Positions 38,833 to 49,720 are shown, counted from the first letter of the stretch. The stretch: 64,000 bases of DNA from Gammaproteobacteria bacterium (GCA_965222615.1 CBDCUI010000009.1:64001-128000); one strand, 5' to 3'. The notes: generated from the letters alone by a model not told the origin. Numbers and translations are program-made.

Positions 38833-39890
38833 ATCCTGGGGAGTTGTTCGCCAACTAACATATCGACGATGCGTTCACCACCAAACAAAGTAGATAGAAC
38901 GACTGTTTTAGAAGGAGATACAATTATTTCTCCTATGATAGAGCTGTGTAGTCCAGCAGGATGTGCCTGCATCACCTCGAGAAGTTTTTCGGCATGGTCA
39001 GCAGGAACGATTGCAACTAGTTTGCCTTCATTGGCAAGATATAGAGGGTCTAAGCCTAGTATTTCACACATTCCTCTTACTTCGTCACGTAAAGGAATTG
39101 CCGACTCATCAAGTCGAACTCCAACATCACTACTTTGTGCAAATTCATTTAAGACTGTTGCAACTCCACCTCGTGTTGCATCACGCATGCAATGAATATC
39201 AGGGCATACCTTCAACATTTCAGAAACTAAAGAATTAAGTGGTTGGCAATCTGTTTTAATACTATTGTTTAATGACATCTCCCCACGTGCATCGACGATT
39301 GCTGCTCCATGATCCCCAATGTAGCCATTAATGATGATTACATCTCCTGCTAGTGCGCCATGTGAGTTGATGTTGATGCCTTTAGGAATTACACCAATAC
39401 CTGCAGTATTGATAAATAACTTATCCGCGGCGCCTCGATGTACGACTTTTGTATCGCCGGTTACAATTTTTACCTTGGCTTGATCGGCAGTGCTTTTCAT
39501 TGATAAAACAATTTGGCGTAAATCATCAATCGACATGCCTTCTTCTATAATCATGCTGCAAGTTAAATACAATGGCGTGGCACCACCTACAGCTAAATCG
39601 TTTACCGTACCGGTTACTGCCAGTTTGCCGATATCACCACCAGGGAAAAACAATGGATCAATCACATAGGAATCTGTGGTGAAAGCTATTCGATCGCCAT
39701 TTAAATTAAGTGCCGCAAGATCAAATCGTGCTTGATCTTCTAATCGTGATAATTCTGAGTTATCAAAAGTGCTTACAAAGAGATCATCTATAAGATCGCG
39801 CATGGCCTTACCGCCACTACCATGAGCAAGCGTAATGGTATTCGCTCTTGAAGATGTATTACTTGGCTTGATTGCGGTTACTGTACTCAT
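38826..39890 (-). CDS. hypE: Carbamoyl dehydratase HypE
   Basis: HGSGG, TDSYV, RDATRGG and C-terminal PRIC. Confidence 0.97.
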   Translation of the reverse strand: MSTVTAIKPSNTSSRANTITLAHGSGGKAMRDLIDDLFVSTFDNSELSRLEDQARFDLAALNLNGDRIAFTTDSYVIDPLFFPGGDIGKLAVTGTVNDLAVGGATPLYLTCSMIIEEGMSIDDLRQIVLSMKSTADQAKVKIVTGDTKVVHRGAADKLFINTAGIGVIPKGININSHGALAGDVIIINGYIGDHGAAIVDARGEMSLNNSIKTDCQPLNSLVSEMLKVCPDIHCMRDATRGGVATVLNEFAQSSDVGVRLDESAIPLRDEVRGMCEILGLDPLYLANEGKLVAIVPADHAEKLLEVMQAHPAGLHSSIIGEIIVSPSKTVVLSTLFGGERIVDMLVGEQLPRIC

Positions 39891-39892
39891 GG

Positions 39893-41047
39893 CTAAATGG
39901 CATTGGCTTTGTTGAGCTCACGTTTTTGCAACAACTCATTTAAATTTCCAAAATTGTAATAAGCCGCGCATGCACCTTCCGTGGATACCATCAATGCACC
40001 CATTGGTGTTTCAGGTGTGCAGGCGCTACCAAAAACTTTACATTCCCAAGGCCTTATCGAGCCTTTTAACACTTCACCGCATTGACAAGATTTAGGGTCG
40101 GCAATTTTTATATTAGGCACTGCAAATTTACGTTCTGCATCATAGTGTGCATAGGCATCGCGCATGCGTACCCCTGAATGGTCAATCGAACCTAATCCGC
40201 GCCATTCGAAGAATTCACGTAATTCAAATACTTTTGATATGGCCTCAAGTCCAGGTTCATTGCCATCTGCAGGTACAATTCGCGAATATTGGTTTTCAAC
40301 TTCAACCCGTTTTTCTATTAACTGACGCAACAGCATCCAAATGGACTGAAGGATATCCAATGGTTCAAAACCGGTTATTACAATAGGTTTCTGATAAGTT
40401 TCCGCGACGAAATCAAACGGTCGTTCACCAACAACCATGCTGACGTGACCCGGGGCAAGAAATCCGTCAATTTTCATATCGGGCGAATCCAATATCGCCT
40501 TGATAGTGGGTACCGTAGTAATGTGATTACAAAAGAGTGAAAAGTTTGTAATGTGCTCTGCTTCGGCTTGTAACACGGTAAGTGCAGTACTGGGCATGGT
40601 GGTTTCAAAGCCCAGTGCAAAAAAGATGACTTCACGTTCTGGATTTTCTCGTGTAAGTTGCAGTGCATCCAATGGCGAGTACACCATACGAATATCAGCC
40701 CCATCTGCTTTTGCTTGTAAAAGGGTTTTTCTCGATCCAGGTACGCGCATGGCATCGCCAAAGGTTGTGAAAATTACATTTGGACGTTCTGCAAGTACAA
40801 CGCAATCATCTACTCGGCCCATGGGTAGCACACACACCGGACAACCAGGGCCGTGTACTAACTCTATTTCTTTGGGCAGCATTTGTTCTACGCCGTAGCG
40901 AAAAATTGTGTGCGTATGTCCACCACAAAATTCCATCAACTGCAATGGATGTTTTGTTGAAATAGCTAATTGCTCAACTTGTTCACAAATTTTATCGACA
41001 AGTACACTTGCCTTATCGGGGTTACGAAATTCGTCAACATATTTCAT
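39893..41047 (-). CDS. hypD: Hydrogenase maturation protein HypD
   Basis: Start MKYVDEFR (41047); CGGHTH, GPGCPVC and EGACAAYY. Confidence 0.97.
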   Translation of the reverse strand: MKYVDEFRNPDKASVLVDKICEQVEQLAISTKHPLQLMEFCGGHTHTIFRYGVEQMLPKEIELVHGPGCPVCVLPMGRVDDCVVLAERPNVIFTTFGDAMRVPGSRKTLLQAKADGADIRMVYSPLDALQLTRENPEREVIFFALGFETTMPSTALTVLQAEAEHITNFSLFCNHITTVPTIKAILDSPDMKIDGFLAPGHVSMVVGERPFDFVAETYQKPIVITGFEPLDILQSIWMLLRQLIEKRVEVENQYSRIVPADGNEPGLEAISKVFELREFFEWRGLGSIDHSGVRMRDAYAHYDAERKFAVPNIKIADPKSCQCGEVLKGSIRPWECKVFGSACTPETPMGALMVSTEGACAAYYNFGNLNELLQKRELNKANAI

Positions 41048-41733
41048 TGTTGTTTGCTTCCCAATTTTCCACGACAGTCTGCAAGCAAAGTATGGGTTAA
41101 ATCCCAAAGAATGTGATAGGTAGCAACATGAACTTCTTGCACACGGTGAATAGAATCTGTCTTTACCACTAGACAATGATCGACTAGTTGGCTGGATTTC
41201 ATTTCGCCTCCATCACCACCAGCTAAACCAAAAGTGGTTAAACCGATATCTTTGGCTTTTTCATACGCAGCCATTAAATTCGATGAGTTACCGCTGGTGG
41301 AAAAACCGATTAAACCATCGTTATTTTTTCCATGTGCTTCGAGTTGTCGAACAAATATATGTGTACTGCCCACATCATTTGCTACTGCACTGATCATGGC
41401 ATTATCCATAGTGAGATTAAGCGCCGGTAGTGCAGGGCGGCCAGTCGTGATTGGATGTTGAAACTCCACGGCAAAGTGTGCGGCATCACAACTGGACCCT
41501 CCATTACCCATGCTTAACATACGCCCTTGATTGATATAGACATTGGCAATGGCCTTTGCAGTTGCAATGATGGCGTCTGCATTTTGTTGAAAGAATTGTT
41601 GTTTAACCGACACACTGTGTTCGGATTTTTGTTTGACAGATTCGAGCAATGCTTGATTTTCAAGCTCTGGATCTTTCTTACTTCCATGTAGGAAAGGATA
41701 AAGGTCGTTGACAATTGTTGAAGTATTGCTCAT
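41044..41733 (-). CDS. SIS-domain GmhA-like protein in the hyp operon
   Basis: GNGGSSCDAAH, STSGNS and IHRVQEVH. Confidence 0.85.
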   Translation of the reverse strand: MSNTSTIVNDLYPFLHGSKKDPELENQALLESVKQKSEHSVSVKQQFFQQNADAIIATAKAIANVYINQGRMLSMGNGGSSCDAAHFAVEFQHPITTGRPALPALNLTMDNAMISAVANDVGSTHIFVRQLEAHGKNNDGLIGFSTSGNSSNLMAAYEKAKDIGLTTFGLAGGDGGEMKSSQLVDHCLVVKTDSIHRVQEVHVATYHILWDLTHTLLADCRGKLGSKQQ

Positions 41734-41748
41734 AGGTAATCTTTAAAG

Positions 41749-42030
41749 TTAATGCAATGTCGATGACTTAATCGATTGTAATTCTGCTTGTGCCTCATCT
41801 AACTCGGTTAACAGTGCTAGCGTTTTTTTCGCCTCTTCTTCATTTATTCTGCTCATCGCAAATCCGACGTGCACCAACACCCAATCGCCCACACATGCTT
41901 CAATGGGATGGTCCTCGGTTACAATGCAGGCGATGTTGACAGGGCGCTTTATCCCAGATACATCAACGATTGCTTGTTTTGTTTCTACATCTAAAATTTC
42001 TGTAATTTGGCCAGGAATACCAAGACACAT
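41749..42030 (-). CDS. hypC: Hydrogenase chaperone HypC
   Basis: MCLGIPG and GDWVLVHVGFA. Confidence 0.97.
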   Translation of the reverse strand: MCLGIPGQITEILDVETKQAIVDVSGIKRPVNIACIVTEDHPIEACVGDWVLVHVGFAMSRINEEEAKKTLALLTELDEAQAELQSIKSSTLH

Positions 42031-42032
42031 AA

Positions 42033-44444
42033 TTAACCTCTGTAATTTTTTATCGTTCTGGCTGCTGCAATTGCCGCTTGCCCCAAGGCAAGTCCACCAT
42101 CATTCGCGGGGACTTGTTGATGGGTGAGTACATTAAAGTTTTCTTTTTCCAATCGAGTAATTACTTGCTCTAGTAAAAACTTGTTTTGAAATACTCCACC
42201 GCTGAGAACGATGTCATTAATCGTTCGTATTTCATTCTCAGTAGTGAGTTTCTTAACCATAGTGACAATGATCATTGCCAAGCCTTTATGAAACCGAGCC
42301 GACATAACTCCTAACGGTGTTTTTAAAATTAAATCACCGAGTAATGCTTGCCACATCGCAAGTGGTTCTATATAGGGTATTTGATTTTCTAAGTTAGGAA
42401 TTGCGAACGGGTAGGCGAGCAATTCATCTTCATAAAGTAATGTATCTGTATCGACTAATGACTCAAGTTCGATTGCCGCTTGACCTTCATAACTGACAGA
42501 TTCACGTGAAATGCCCATTGCAGCAGCAACCGCATCAAACAAGCGCCCACAGGAAGAAACCAGAGGCGAGTGGTTACCCGTTTTTAACATTGCATTGAAT
42601 GTTTCTAAAGGCTTGCTTTCCAAAAACCGAATGAGTTCAAGTTGAGCGAAATTCATTTTTAAGTCTTGCCAACCCAGCTCTGCCATTAAATGTGCGTAAG
42701 TATTTCGCCATGGTTCGTAAATGGCTTTTGTACCACCTAACATGGCAACCGGTTTAAACGTTCCTACTTGTTTGGCCTGTAAGTAATCCGCAACTAAAAA
42801 TTCGCCACCCCAAAGTTGGGCTTGCTCGTCGTTTGTTTCACCATAACCTAGGCCATCCAGTGCAACGCCTAACACGGGTTCAGAATTTAATGCACGATTA
42901 TTGTCAGCAAGACAAGCCGCTATATGGGCATGATGGTGTTGCACTTTTTGCAGTGGAAGTGCTTGTTTGTTAGAGATTTCTTCACCGAGCTTACTTGATA
43001 AGTATTCCGGATGTGCATCGATCACTATTTGTTGAGGTTTGTGCTGGAACAGCTTGGAGTACAAATTTAAATTCTTTTGATAGTCGACAAAGGTTGTCGC
43101 GTCTTCAAGATCGCCCATGTGTTGTGACAATATGGCTTGTCCATCTTTAATTAAACAAAAGGTATTTTTTAATTCTCCGCCCATGGCTAAAAGATTTGGG
43201 CTGGCAGCAAAACCATTGGGTAGGGGAATGCTTGCAGGGGCGTAGCCGCGTGCACGTCGCAACAGACGCGGGGCATTTGCCATGACTCGAACTACCGAAT
43301 CATCGACTCGGTTTACAATATCGCGATTATGCAAAAGTACATATTCAGCGAGTTCACCTAAACGTTTTTTTGCAGCATTGTTTTCGATGCATTGTGGTTC
43401 ATCACTGAGATTACCTGAAGTCAATACAATCGGTCGTTGCATGCGTTTTAATAACAAATGGTGCAAAGGTGTGTAGGGCAACATGAAGCCCAACGTATTT
43501 TGTTGTGGCGCAATGGCTTGTGGTAAAGAATTATTTTTGGCTTGTAAGATTACGATAGGGGCTTCTGTGCTTAGCAATAAAGCCTTTTCTTGTTCACTGG
43601 TGTAGCAGTATTGATTAATAATCTCTAGATCACGCGCCATTAATGCAAAAGGTTTATGGTAGCGGCGCTTGCGTTGACGCAAGGTTTCCACGGCTTGAGT
43701 GTTGGTCGCATCGCAAGCAAGGTGAAAGCCGCCAATTCCTTTAATTGCAAGTATCTTGCCTTGTTGCAATAATGAACATGCTGCATCGATGTCATCTAAC
43801 TGAGTTAAGTTTTCTGTGCATAAGGTATGTCCATCACTTCTTTCTAACCAAGCCTTTGGACCACATACATAGCAGGCGTTGGGTTGTGCATGGAAACGAC
43901 GGTCAAGCGGATTTTGGTATTCATTGTTGCAATCTTCGCATAATGAAAATTCGGCCATGCTTGTTTGTGCACGGTCATAGGGAATTCCATGTACGATAGA
44001 AAAGCGAGGTCCACAGTGTGTGCAGTTTGTAAATGGATAGCGATAACGTCGACTAAATGGATTTAAAGTATCTTCAGTACATGCAGCACAGTTTGCCGCA
44101 TCGGCCGCAACATTTGTGCGCACTTCGTTATTTGTGCTCGTGGCAATTTCAAAACAATCCGGTTGAATTTCGTCTTGCAGGGGCTCCGATTCAATATGGT
44201 GAATCTTTGCAAGCGGCGGGCAATGCGTGTGTAGATTATCAATAAAGTTATCAATAGATAAACGATTCCCCCATATATGAATTAATACCCCATTGCCATC
44301 ATTTAGTACTTTACCTTGTAACCCAAACTCATTGGCTAAACGCCACACCGTTGGACGAAATCCGACCCCTTGAACAATTCCGTTAATGCGAATTTGTCTT
44401 GCATCAATCGTATGCGAAGTCGAAGTGTGGGCTAATAAAGTCAT
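42033..44444 (-). CDS. hypF: Carbamoyltransferase HypF
   Basis: VQGVGFRP, zinc fingers, HHHAH and NDGGLALGQ; ATG at 44444 coupled to the upstream stop. Confidence 0.97.
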   Translation of the reverse strand: MTLLAHTSTSHTIDARQIRINGIVQGVGFRPTVWRLANEFGLQGKVLNDGNGVLIHIWGNRLSIDNFIDNLHTHCPPLAKIHHIESEPLQDEIQPDCFEIATSTNNEVRTNVAADAANCAACTEDTLNPFSRRYRYPFTNCTHCGPRFSIVHGIPYDRAQTSMAEFSLCEDCNNEYQNPLDRRFHAQPNACYVCGPKAWLERSDGHTLCTENLTQLDDIDAACSLLQQGKILAIKGIGGFHLACDATNTQAVETLRQRKRRYHKPFALMARDLEIINQYCYTSEQEKALLLSTEAPIVILQAKNNSLPQAIAPQQNTLGFMLPYTPLHHLLLKRMQRPIVLTSGNLSDEPQCIENNAAKKRLGELAEYVLLHNRDIVNRVDDSVVRVMANAPRLLRRARGYAPASIPLPNGFAASPNLLAMGGELKNTFCLIKDGQAILSQHMGDLEDATTFVDYQKNLNLYSKLFQHKPQQIVIDAHPEYLSSKLGEEISNKQALPLQKVQHHHAHIAACLADNNRALNSEPVLGVALDGLGYGETNDEQAQLWGGEFLVADYLQAKQVGTFKPVAMLGGTKAIYEPWRNTYAHLMAELGWQDLKMNFAQLELIRFLESKPLETFNAMLKTGNHSPLVSSCGRLFDAVAAAMGISRESVSYEGQAAIELESLVDTDTLLYEDELLAYPFAIPNLENQIPYIEPLAMWQALLGDLILKTPLGVMSARFHKGLAMIIVTMVKKLTTENEIRTINDIVLSGGVFQNKFLLEQVITRLEKENFNVLTHQQVPANDGGLALGQAAIAAARTIKNYRG

Positions 44445-45649
44445 ACGCTTAGATTCCAAACGCTGACACGGTTATTGCCGGAATCTGCAATCACCAGTTT
44501 GTTACCAGTAACTTGCACGCCATAAGGCCAACACAAACTATCTGCACAAGCCGGCTGCCAACGGTTATCACCTTTTTCGTGAAAATTTTTCTGGCCCATC
44601 AGTGCGCGCGCATCTGCACCATTGCAAAGGTCATCGATATGCCAGGCGAGTAATCTTGAATTGGCCGTATCCGCAACGATTAGCCACTCATCTTTAGTGG
44701 CGATGGCGTAAGGCATGTTAAGTGTATTGGCACGTGGCCAATACAAAGACTGGTTATGATCGACAAGATCGGTATTGGTTTGACCTAAGACAAAATCACA
44801 TTTGGCAGCATTACTTTGTGGAATGCCTTTCCAAATCATGATGCGATTATTTCCTGCGTCGGCTACACAAAGGTGTCCGCACCACATGGCAAGTCCATGT
44901 GGCCAGCGCATACTCATGGCATTGGGGTTGCCACCGGCATTTTCATCACGATTAGTAAAATTCTGTTGTCCAAGTACTACATTCGCAGGCTGATCATCGA
45001 ATTCTGGAATGCCTTGCCAAATTAATACTCGGCGATTTTCAGAATCGGCAACGACTAAATGTCCATCCAGCCATGCGATTCCATATGGCCAATGAAAACT
45101 ATTTGCCAGTGCATGCTTGTTGCCTTTGTTTGCAGCGTTTGAGTGAAAATCTGCTTGGCCCAAAACTAAATCTGCCGGGACATTGTTGTCTTTAGGTATT
45201 TCATGCCAAATGAGAACACGGTGATTCCATGCATCGGCAACCGCCAAGCCATTACCGCATTTACAAATGCCGGTAGGGACATTTACAGTGGTTGTGCAAA
45301 CAGGTCCTTTGGCATTTCTACCTTCGGTATCAAAGTTTGCTTGCCCAATAATCCAATCCGCTGGAGTGCAGTCACTTTGCGGTAAGTTTTTCCAAGCAAG
45401 TAAGCGATGATGGCCGGTATCGCTAACCCACAGAGGACCATTTTCTTCTAATAGCATTGCAGCACGTGGACCAAAACACGTTTTTGCACTGGGCTGCACA
45501 CTCGCCGTGACCAATTCAGGTTCTCGTGCAGCACCTAATACGCTGATAGGTGTCGACTCAACTAAATCTATATGTGGAACCGTAGCTGCTTGTTGCACCT
45601 TTAATGTGGGATCCGGAGATACTTTTAAAGTTACTTGCTGCACCGTCAT
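44441..45649 (-). CDS. NHL-repeat beta-propeller protein
   Basis: Repeated P.G....L.VAD.GN.R units with VLGQ..F. Confidence 0.88.
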   Translation of the reverse strand: MTVQQVTLKVSPDPTLKVQQAATVPHIDLVESTPISVLGAAREPELVTASVQPSAKTCFGPRAAMLLEENGPLWVSDTGHHRLLAWKNLPQSDCTPADWIIGQANFDTEGRNAKGPVCTTTVNVPTGICKCGNGLAVADAWNHRVLIWHEIPKDNNVPADLVLGQADFHSNAANKGNKHALANSFHWPYGIAWLDGHLVVADSENRRVLIWQGIPEFDDQPANVVLGQQNFTNRDENAGGNPNAMSMRWPHGLAMWCGHLCVADAGNNRIMIWKGIPQSNAAKCDFVLGQTNTDLVDHNQSLYWPRANTLNMPYAIATKDEWLIVADTANSRLLAWHIDDLCNGADARALMGQKNFHEKGDNRWQPACADSLCWPYGVQVTGNKLVIADSGNNRVSVWNLSV

Positions 45650-46530
45650 AGCAATTTAACTTCCACTTTATTATTCACTGTGCGCACCGCGTGGGTTTGT
45701 AATTGAACTTCTGGCGCAGTTAGACATTCACCGCTTTCAAGTGAATAGACAAAACCATGGTGTGGGCATGTTAAGTTTCCATTGCTTATTTCACCAAGGT
45801 CTAATGGCATTCCCATATGTGCACAGGCATTTTGGTAACAAGTAACTTTGCGATCAAAGCGACTTAGCAAAATATCATTGCCTGCAATGGACATAACTTT
45901 GATGTTTGCTTCAGGGATTTCATTCAATTGGCATGCATATAACCAACCGGCATCTTCATTGCGTGCAAACGGACTAATAAAATTTACCGGCACGGCATCA
46001 ACTGGTTTTGCCGTGACACCACCTTTGGCTTTTTTAATGGTAGTAATTTCAGAACAGTATTCCTTAATGGCTTTTTCCACACCTTCCGATAAGGTTAATG
46101 AGGAAGCGGGACAGCCATCACAGGCGCCAAGCAATCTGATTTCGACGGTGTCAGGTAAGGTTATTGCTACAAGTTCGACATCACCGCCGTGGCTGGCAAG
46201 AAATGGCCGTACAGAATCTAAAGCCGCTTCAACTCGTTCATGTAAAGAGGGTTTAACAATTTCATGATGCCTAAGCACTGCGTAGATCACTTCATCGGCA
46301 GCGGCTTCGCGTAAGGACTTTGCAGCAACAGTATTTTTCTTTAATGATCGAATTAAACGAGTAAAGGCTTCTTTGTTTAAATCACCGTGAGCACGAAGCA
46401 AGGCTTCAACCGTATTGCGCTGCTGTTCATCCCAGTTTGCAACAATGCTTTCTAGTGATTGAATATCTTTTAGCAAATTATCCAGTTCTGATTCAGATTC
46501 TGTAAATACAGGTTCGGCTAAAGATGACAT
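45646..46530 (-). CDS. NifU-like domain plus Rieske domain protein
   Basis: VRPFLASHGGDVE..GACDGC; CAH...CPHH. Confidence 0.88.
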   Translation of the reverse strand: MSSLAEPVFTESESELDNLLKDIQSLESIVANWDEQQRNTVEALLRAHGDLNKEAFTRLIRSLKKNTVAAKSLREAAADEVIYAVLRHHEIVKPSLHERVEAALDSVRPFLASHGGDVELVAITLPDTVEIRLLGACDGCPASSLTLSEGVEKAIKEYCSEITTIKKAKGGVTAKPVDAVPVNFISPFARNEDAGWLYACQLNEIPEANIKVMSIAGNDILLSRFDRKVTCYQNACAHMGMPLDLGEISNGNLTCPHHGFVYSLESGECLTAPEVQLQTHAVRTVNNKVEVKLL

Positions 46531-46539
46531 GCTTGATCG

Positions 46540-46764
46540 TTATGCGTATTTAAGATTTTTAAATAGGAAGGGTTGGGCGATTCCAGATGCGAGGCTGGCT
46601 AACACAATTGCTAGCCATAACGGTATTCCTAACATCGCTAAGGCAATTGTTATGACTGCAGCGATCACAACACCAATAATGGTTTGGCGAATTACGCTGC
46701 CAACGTCTTGAAATAAACGACCTTGTAGAAATAAAACAACTGAGTTTTTAAACATCTCAAACAT
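46540..46764 (-). CDS. Small membrane protein
   Basis: Two TM segments; QPFLFKNLKYA. Confidence 0.7.
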   Translation of the reverse strand: MFEMFKNSVVLFLQGRLFQDVGSVIRQTIIGVVIAAVITIALAMLGIPLWLAIVLASLASGIAQPFLFKNLKYA

Positions 46765-46774
46765 AAGGGCTTCC

Positions 46775-47005
46775 TCAGATAAACACTAAAACAACAAGTG
46801 CAAGTAAAATTCCTGGTACGGCACCGATGGGCCCATAAAACGAGCCCATCATGGCGGCAAGTTCGTTTCCCATATGTTTTCCACCTACAAGAATTCCGCC
46901 AATAGAACCCCCAATCGCACTCACAATTAGCGCAATTAAAATATAAATAGCGCTGGTAATGATTGAGATATCGCCTGATGCTACAGAGCTAAAGACATCA
47001 CCCAT
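46775..47005 (-). CDS. Small Gly-rich membrane protein
   Basis: GGSIGGILVGGK..LAAMMG; GGAG RBS. Confidence 0.7.
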   Translation of the reverse strand: MGDVFSSVASGDISIITSAIYILIALIVSAIGGSIGGILVGGKHMGNELAAMMGSFYGPIGAVPGILLALVVLVFI

Positions 47006-47045
47006 AATATTTTTCTCCTACCTGTTTTTAATAGTAATAATTTAT

Positions 47046-48062
47046 TTAAATTCTAGATTCACCAAACCCGTTTCCGCTATTAGAGTGAGTGCTATCTAGA
47101 TTTAATTCACCGCTAACTTCCACCAATACTTCTCTAATGACATTCGCTTTTTCTGCATCATCAAATTGGTTGAATATATCCAAAGCTTGGCTATACATTT
47201 CACGTGCCTGATGAAGATGATCAAAATTGCCTGTTTCGGGGTTTTGTAGGTCATCTGGTAAGTTGCGTAGGCAATTGGCTTTATTGCAAATGGTATTGGC
47301 ATATTCGAGCGGTGTATCTTTTTCGGTACGCACTTTTAATGCTTCATCGTAAGCTTCAAGTGCGCGCAAATTATTTTCCACTGCGTGTCCACTAGAAACA
47401 TATTGCAATGCGTTGCCAAGATTATTTTGTAACATCGCGTATTCACTAGGTTGTTCGACCAGAGTGACGACTTTTAATGCCTCCTCAAAAGATTGTACGG
47501 CGAGTGCTTCACGAATTTTTGCCTTTTCATCTGTAATCGGAATGGATAAATACGCGGTTGCTAAATTATTGTGCAAAATTGCATACTCCTTGGGGAATTT
47601 TTCGCAGGTAAAAACACGCAGTGAACGTTGGTATGCTGCAATGGCATCACTTATCGATGCAGCATTTAAATTTGATAAGGCTTGCAGCACGAGACCTAGA
47701 TTCATTTCCACTTCTGCAACTTCTTCTTGGGTGCCAGAAATCTTTAATTCAGGCAGGGCGGTTTCAAATTCAGCTTGGGCTTTAAGTAAAAATTCTGTAC
47801 CTAGGGCAGGGACTGCTTGTAAGGCTGTGCCTTTACGCGCATGGATCCTGGCGATAAGTAAGGGGTTATCGGCTGGGCATAATGCTAAAGATTTGTCATA
47901 GAGTTGAATGGCATTGTGTAGTTGCTGGGGAGTTTTGGGTTTTTGCTGTAACCCCATTGCAATCTGCATCAGCAGCTCGACTTTTTCTTCAGCACTGATT
48001 TCTTCGGCTTCGACTGCCGCAAGCGCCTGAGTAAATTCGTGATCTGAAACGCTGTTCACCAC
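47046..48062 (-). CDS. TPR-repeat protein heading the hyp operon
   Basis: Repeated EYA..NNL..A helices; GAGGAGG RBS. Confidence 0.8.
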   Translation of the reverse strand: MVNSVSDHEFTQALAAVEAEEISAEEKVELLMQIAMGLQQKPKTPQQLHNAIQLYDKSLALCPADNPLLIARIHARKGTALQAVPALGTEFLLKAQAEFETALPELKISGTQEEVAEVEMNLGLVLQALSNLNAASISDAIAAYQRSLRVFTCEKFPKEYAILHNNLATAYLSIPITDEKAKIREALAVQSFEEALKVVTLVEQPSEYAMLQNNLGNALQYVSSGHAVENNLRALEAYDEALKVRTEKDTPLEYANTICNKANCLRNLPDDLQNPETGNFDHLHQAREMYSQALDIFNQFDDAEKANVIREVLVEVSGELNLDSTHSNSGNGFGESRI

Positions 48063-48131
48063 GTCTTCCTCCTCAATAACAGGCTTATAAGTATTTTTAT
48101 GCGCAAAACCCTACGCTAATGTACACAGGAA

Positions 48132-48168
48132 TGTCAAGTAAATAAACAGAATGTAAACTTACTTTACA
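48132..48168. promoter_or_regulatory. Tandem TGTAAA-N5-TTTACA sites between the divergent hyp operon and activator gene
   Basis: Perfect site 48152-48168, degenerate site 48132-48148; the same motif lies upstream of the hydrogenase promoter. Confidence 0.65.
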
Positions 48169-48245
48169 ATAAATATAATTAATGCTTGCTAGATAGATAT
48201 TTTCTTTATATAGTGCAAACTAAGTTAACAATACTAAGTTCATAC

Positions 48246-49697
48246 ATGAATGACGGGGTATCCACGATAGTCATTGCAGGCTTTTCTGCGAAAAAGGCAG
48301 TTGAGCTCAATCGATGTCTAGGACTGCACTACAGTATTCACACGGTCGATCATGAATCTGACGTCATGCCTTTGCTCGATTCTGAGCAAGTGGATCTGCT
48401 GTTATGCCAATTCGGTGAAGAGGGCTTTGATGCACTCAAGCTGTTACAAGAGTCCAGAGTCAGCCACCCTGAAACCGTACGCCTGCTTGCGGGTTCACTA
48501 GACCGAGATACACGTAAAAAGGCAATTAATGAAGCTGCTATTTATCAATTTGTGCCAAACGAATTTTCAGTAGAACAAATCGAATTATTAGTAAGACGGG
48601 CATTAGAAAACAGAGAACTGGCGTATCGCCACCGGCATCTAAGTCGCGACTTGAAAATTGCTGAAGACGTACTCAGAAAACATAAAGACATTGTAAAACT
48701 TGGCACTAGTGAAAGTACACGGTTTGAAAAACTAGTGTATTGCAGTCCTAGCATGGCATCACTATGTAATATGGCAAAAAAATCCGCAAAAACTAATTTA
48801 CCCATTCTAATTCAAGGCGAAACTGGTACGGGTAAAGAGTTAATGGCACGTGCCATTCACTATAATAGTGAGCGTAAAAATCAGCCCTTGATGGTGCAAA
48901 ACTGTGGTGGCATGTCGGATGAGTTGTTGCATTCAGAGCTATTTGGTCACAAGCGAGGTGCATTTACGGGCGCAGTGAGTGATCGTTTAGGTCTATTTCC
49001 GGCTGCTGATGGTGGTACGGTTTTTCTTGATGAAATTTCTTCCGTATCACCAACCTTTCAAGTCAGTTTGCTACGTTTTTTACAAGAGGGTGAAGTCAAA
49101 CCACTAGGCAGTGACCAAACGATTAAATGCGATGTACGAATTATCGCTGCAAGCAATCAGCCCTTAGATGTATTAATTAGTAAAAATAAATTTAGAAAAG
49201 ACCTGTTTTATCGTCTCAATGGCTTTCAATTAAATATTCCTCCTTTACGCAAAAGAATCGAGGATGTTGAAGTGCTTGCAGATTATTTGGTTAAACAGTT
49301 TTCTGAACAAGCCAATAGACATATCTTGGGGGTTTCTCCTGGTGTGTTGGAGCAATTTGCACTTTATGATTGGCCGGGTAATGTGCGCGAACTGGAAAAT
49401 GAAATTAAGAGAATGATTGCGGTCACAGAAAGCGGCAATTTTATTACAGAGGAGCATTTATCCAGTCATATTCGTGCACTTAAACCAACAGTCAAATCAA
49501 AAGGAATGGAATTAGAATTAGATGGTATTACCTTAAAAGAAAAAGTCGAACGCATGGAAGCAGAAATTATTTTAAATACACTTAAAAGATTACGCTGGAA
49601 TCAAAGTAAAGCTGCAATGGAATTGGGTCTATCAAGAGTTGGGTTATCCAATAAAATAAAACGTTATCAACTAGGCGAACAAAGCAACGCGGCTTAG
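48246..49697 (+). CDS. HoxA/HupR-like sigma-54 activator with degenerate receiver domain
   Basis: GETGTGKE, SELFGHKRGAFTGA, WPGNVRELEN and Fis-HTH; receiver lacks the acidic pocket. Confidence 0.88.
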   Translation: MNDGVSTIVIAGFSAKKAVELNRCLGLHYSIHTVDHESDVMPLLDSEQVDLLLCQFGEEGFDALKLLQESRVSHPETVRLLAGSLDRDTRKKAINEAAIYQFVPNEFSVEQIELLVRRALENRELAYRHRHLSRDLKIAEDVLRKHKDIVKLGTSESTRFEKLVYCSPSMASLCNMAKKSAKTNLPILIQGETGTGKELMARAIHYNSERKNQPLMVQNCGGMSDELLHSELFGHKRGAFTGAVSDRLGLFPAADGGTVFLDEISSVSPTFQVSLLRFLQEGEVKPLGSDQTIKCDVRIIAASNQPLDVLISKNKFRKDLFYRLNGFQLNIPPLRKRIEDVEVLADYLVKQFSEQANRHILGVSPGVLEQFALYDWPGNVRELENEIKRMIAVTESGNFITEEHLSSHIRALKPTVKSKGMELELDGITLKEKVERMEAEIILNTLKRLRWNQSKAAMELGLSRVGLSNKIKRYQLGEQSNAA

Positions 49698-49720
49698 TGA
49701 TTTAGTTTTATAAAATTTTT

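Noticed and set aside
41047-41176. N-terminal extensions in the ORF track for hypD (also hypA, hypF, tadB, cpaF and the activator)
   Set aside because: They overlap upstream genes or lack family similarity; downstream ATGs match the family N-termini
41044-41733. LPS heptose biosynthesis gmhA locus
   Set aside because: Embedded between hypC and hypD with no LPS genes nearby; treated as a hydrogenase-associated SIS protein
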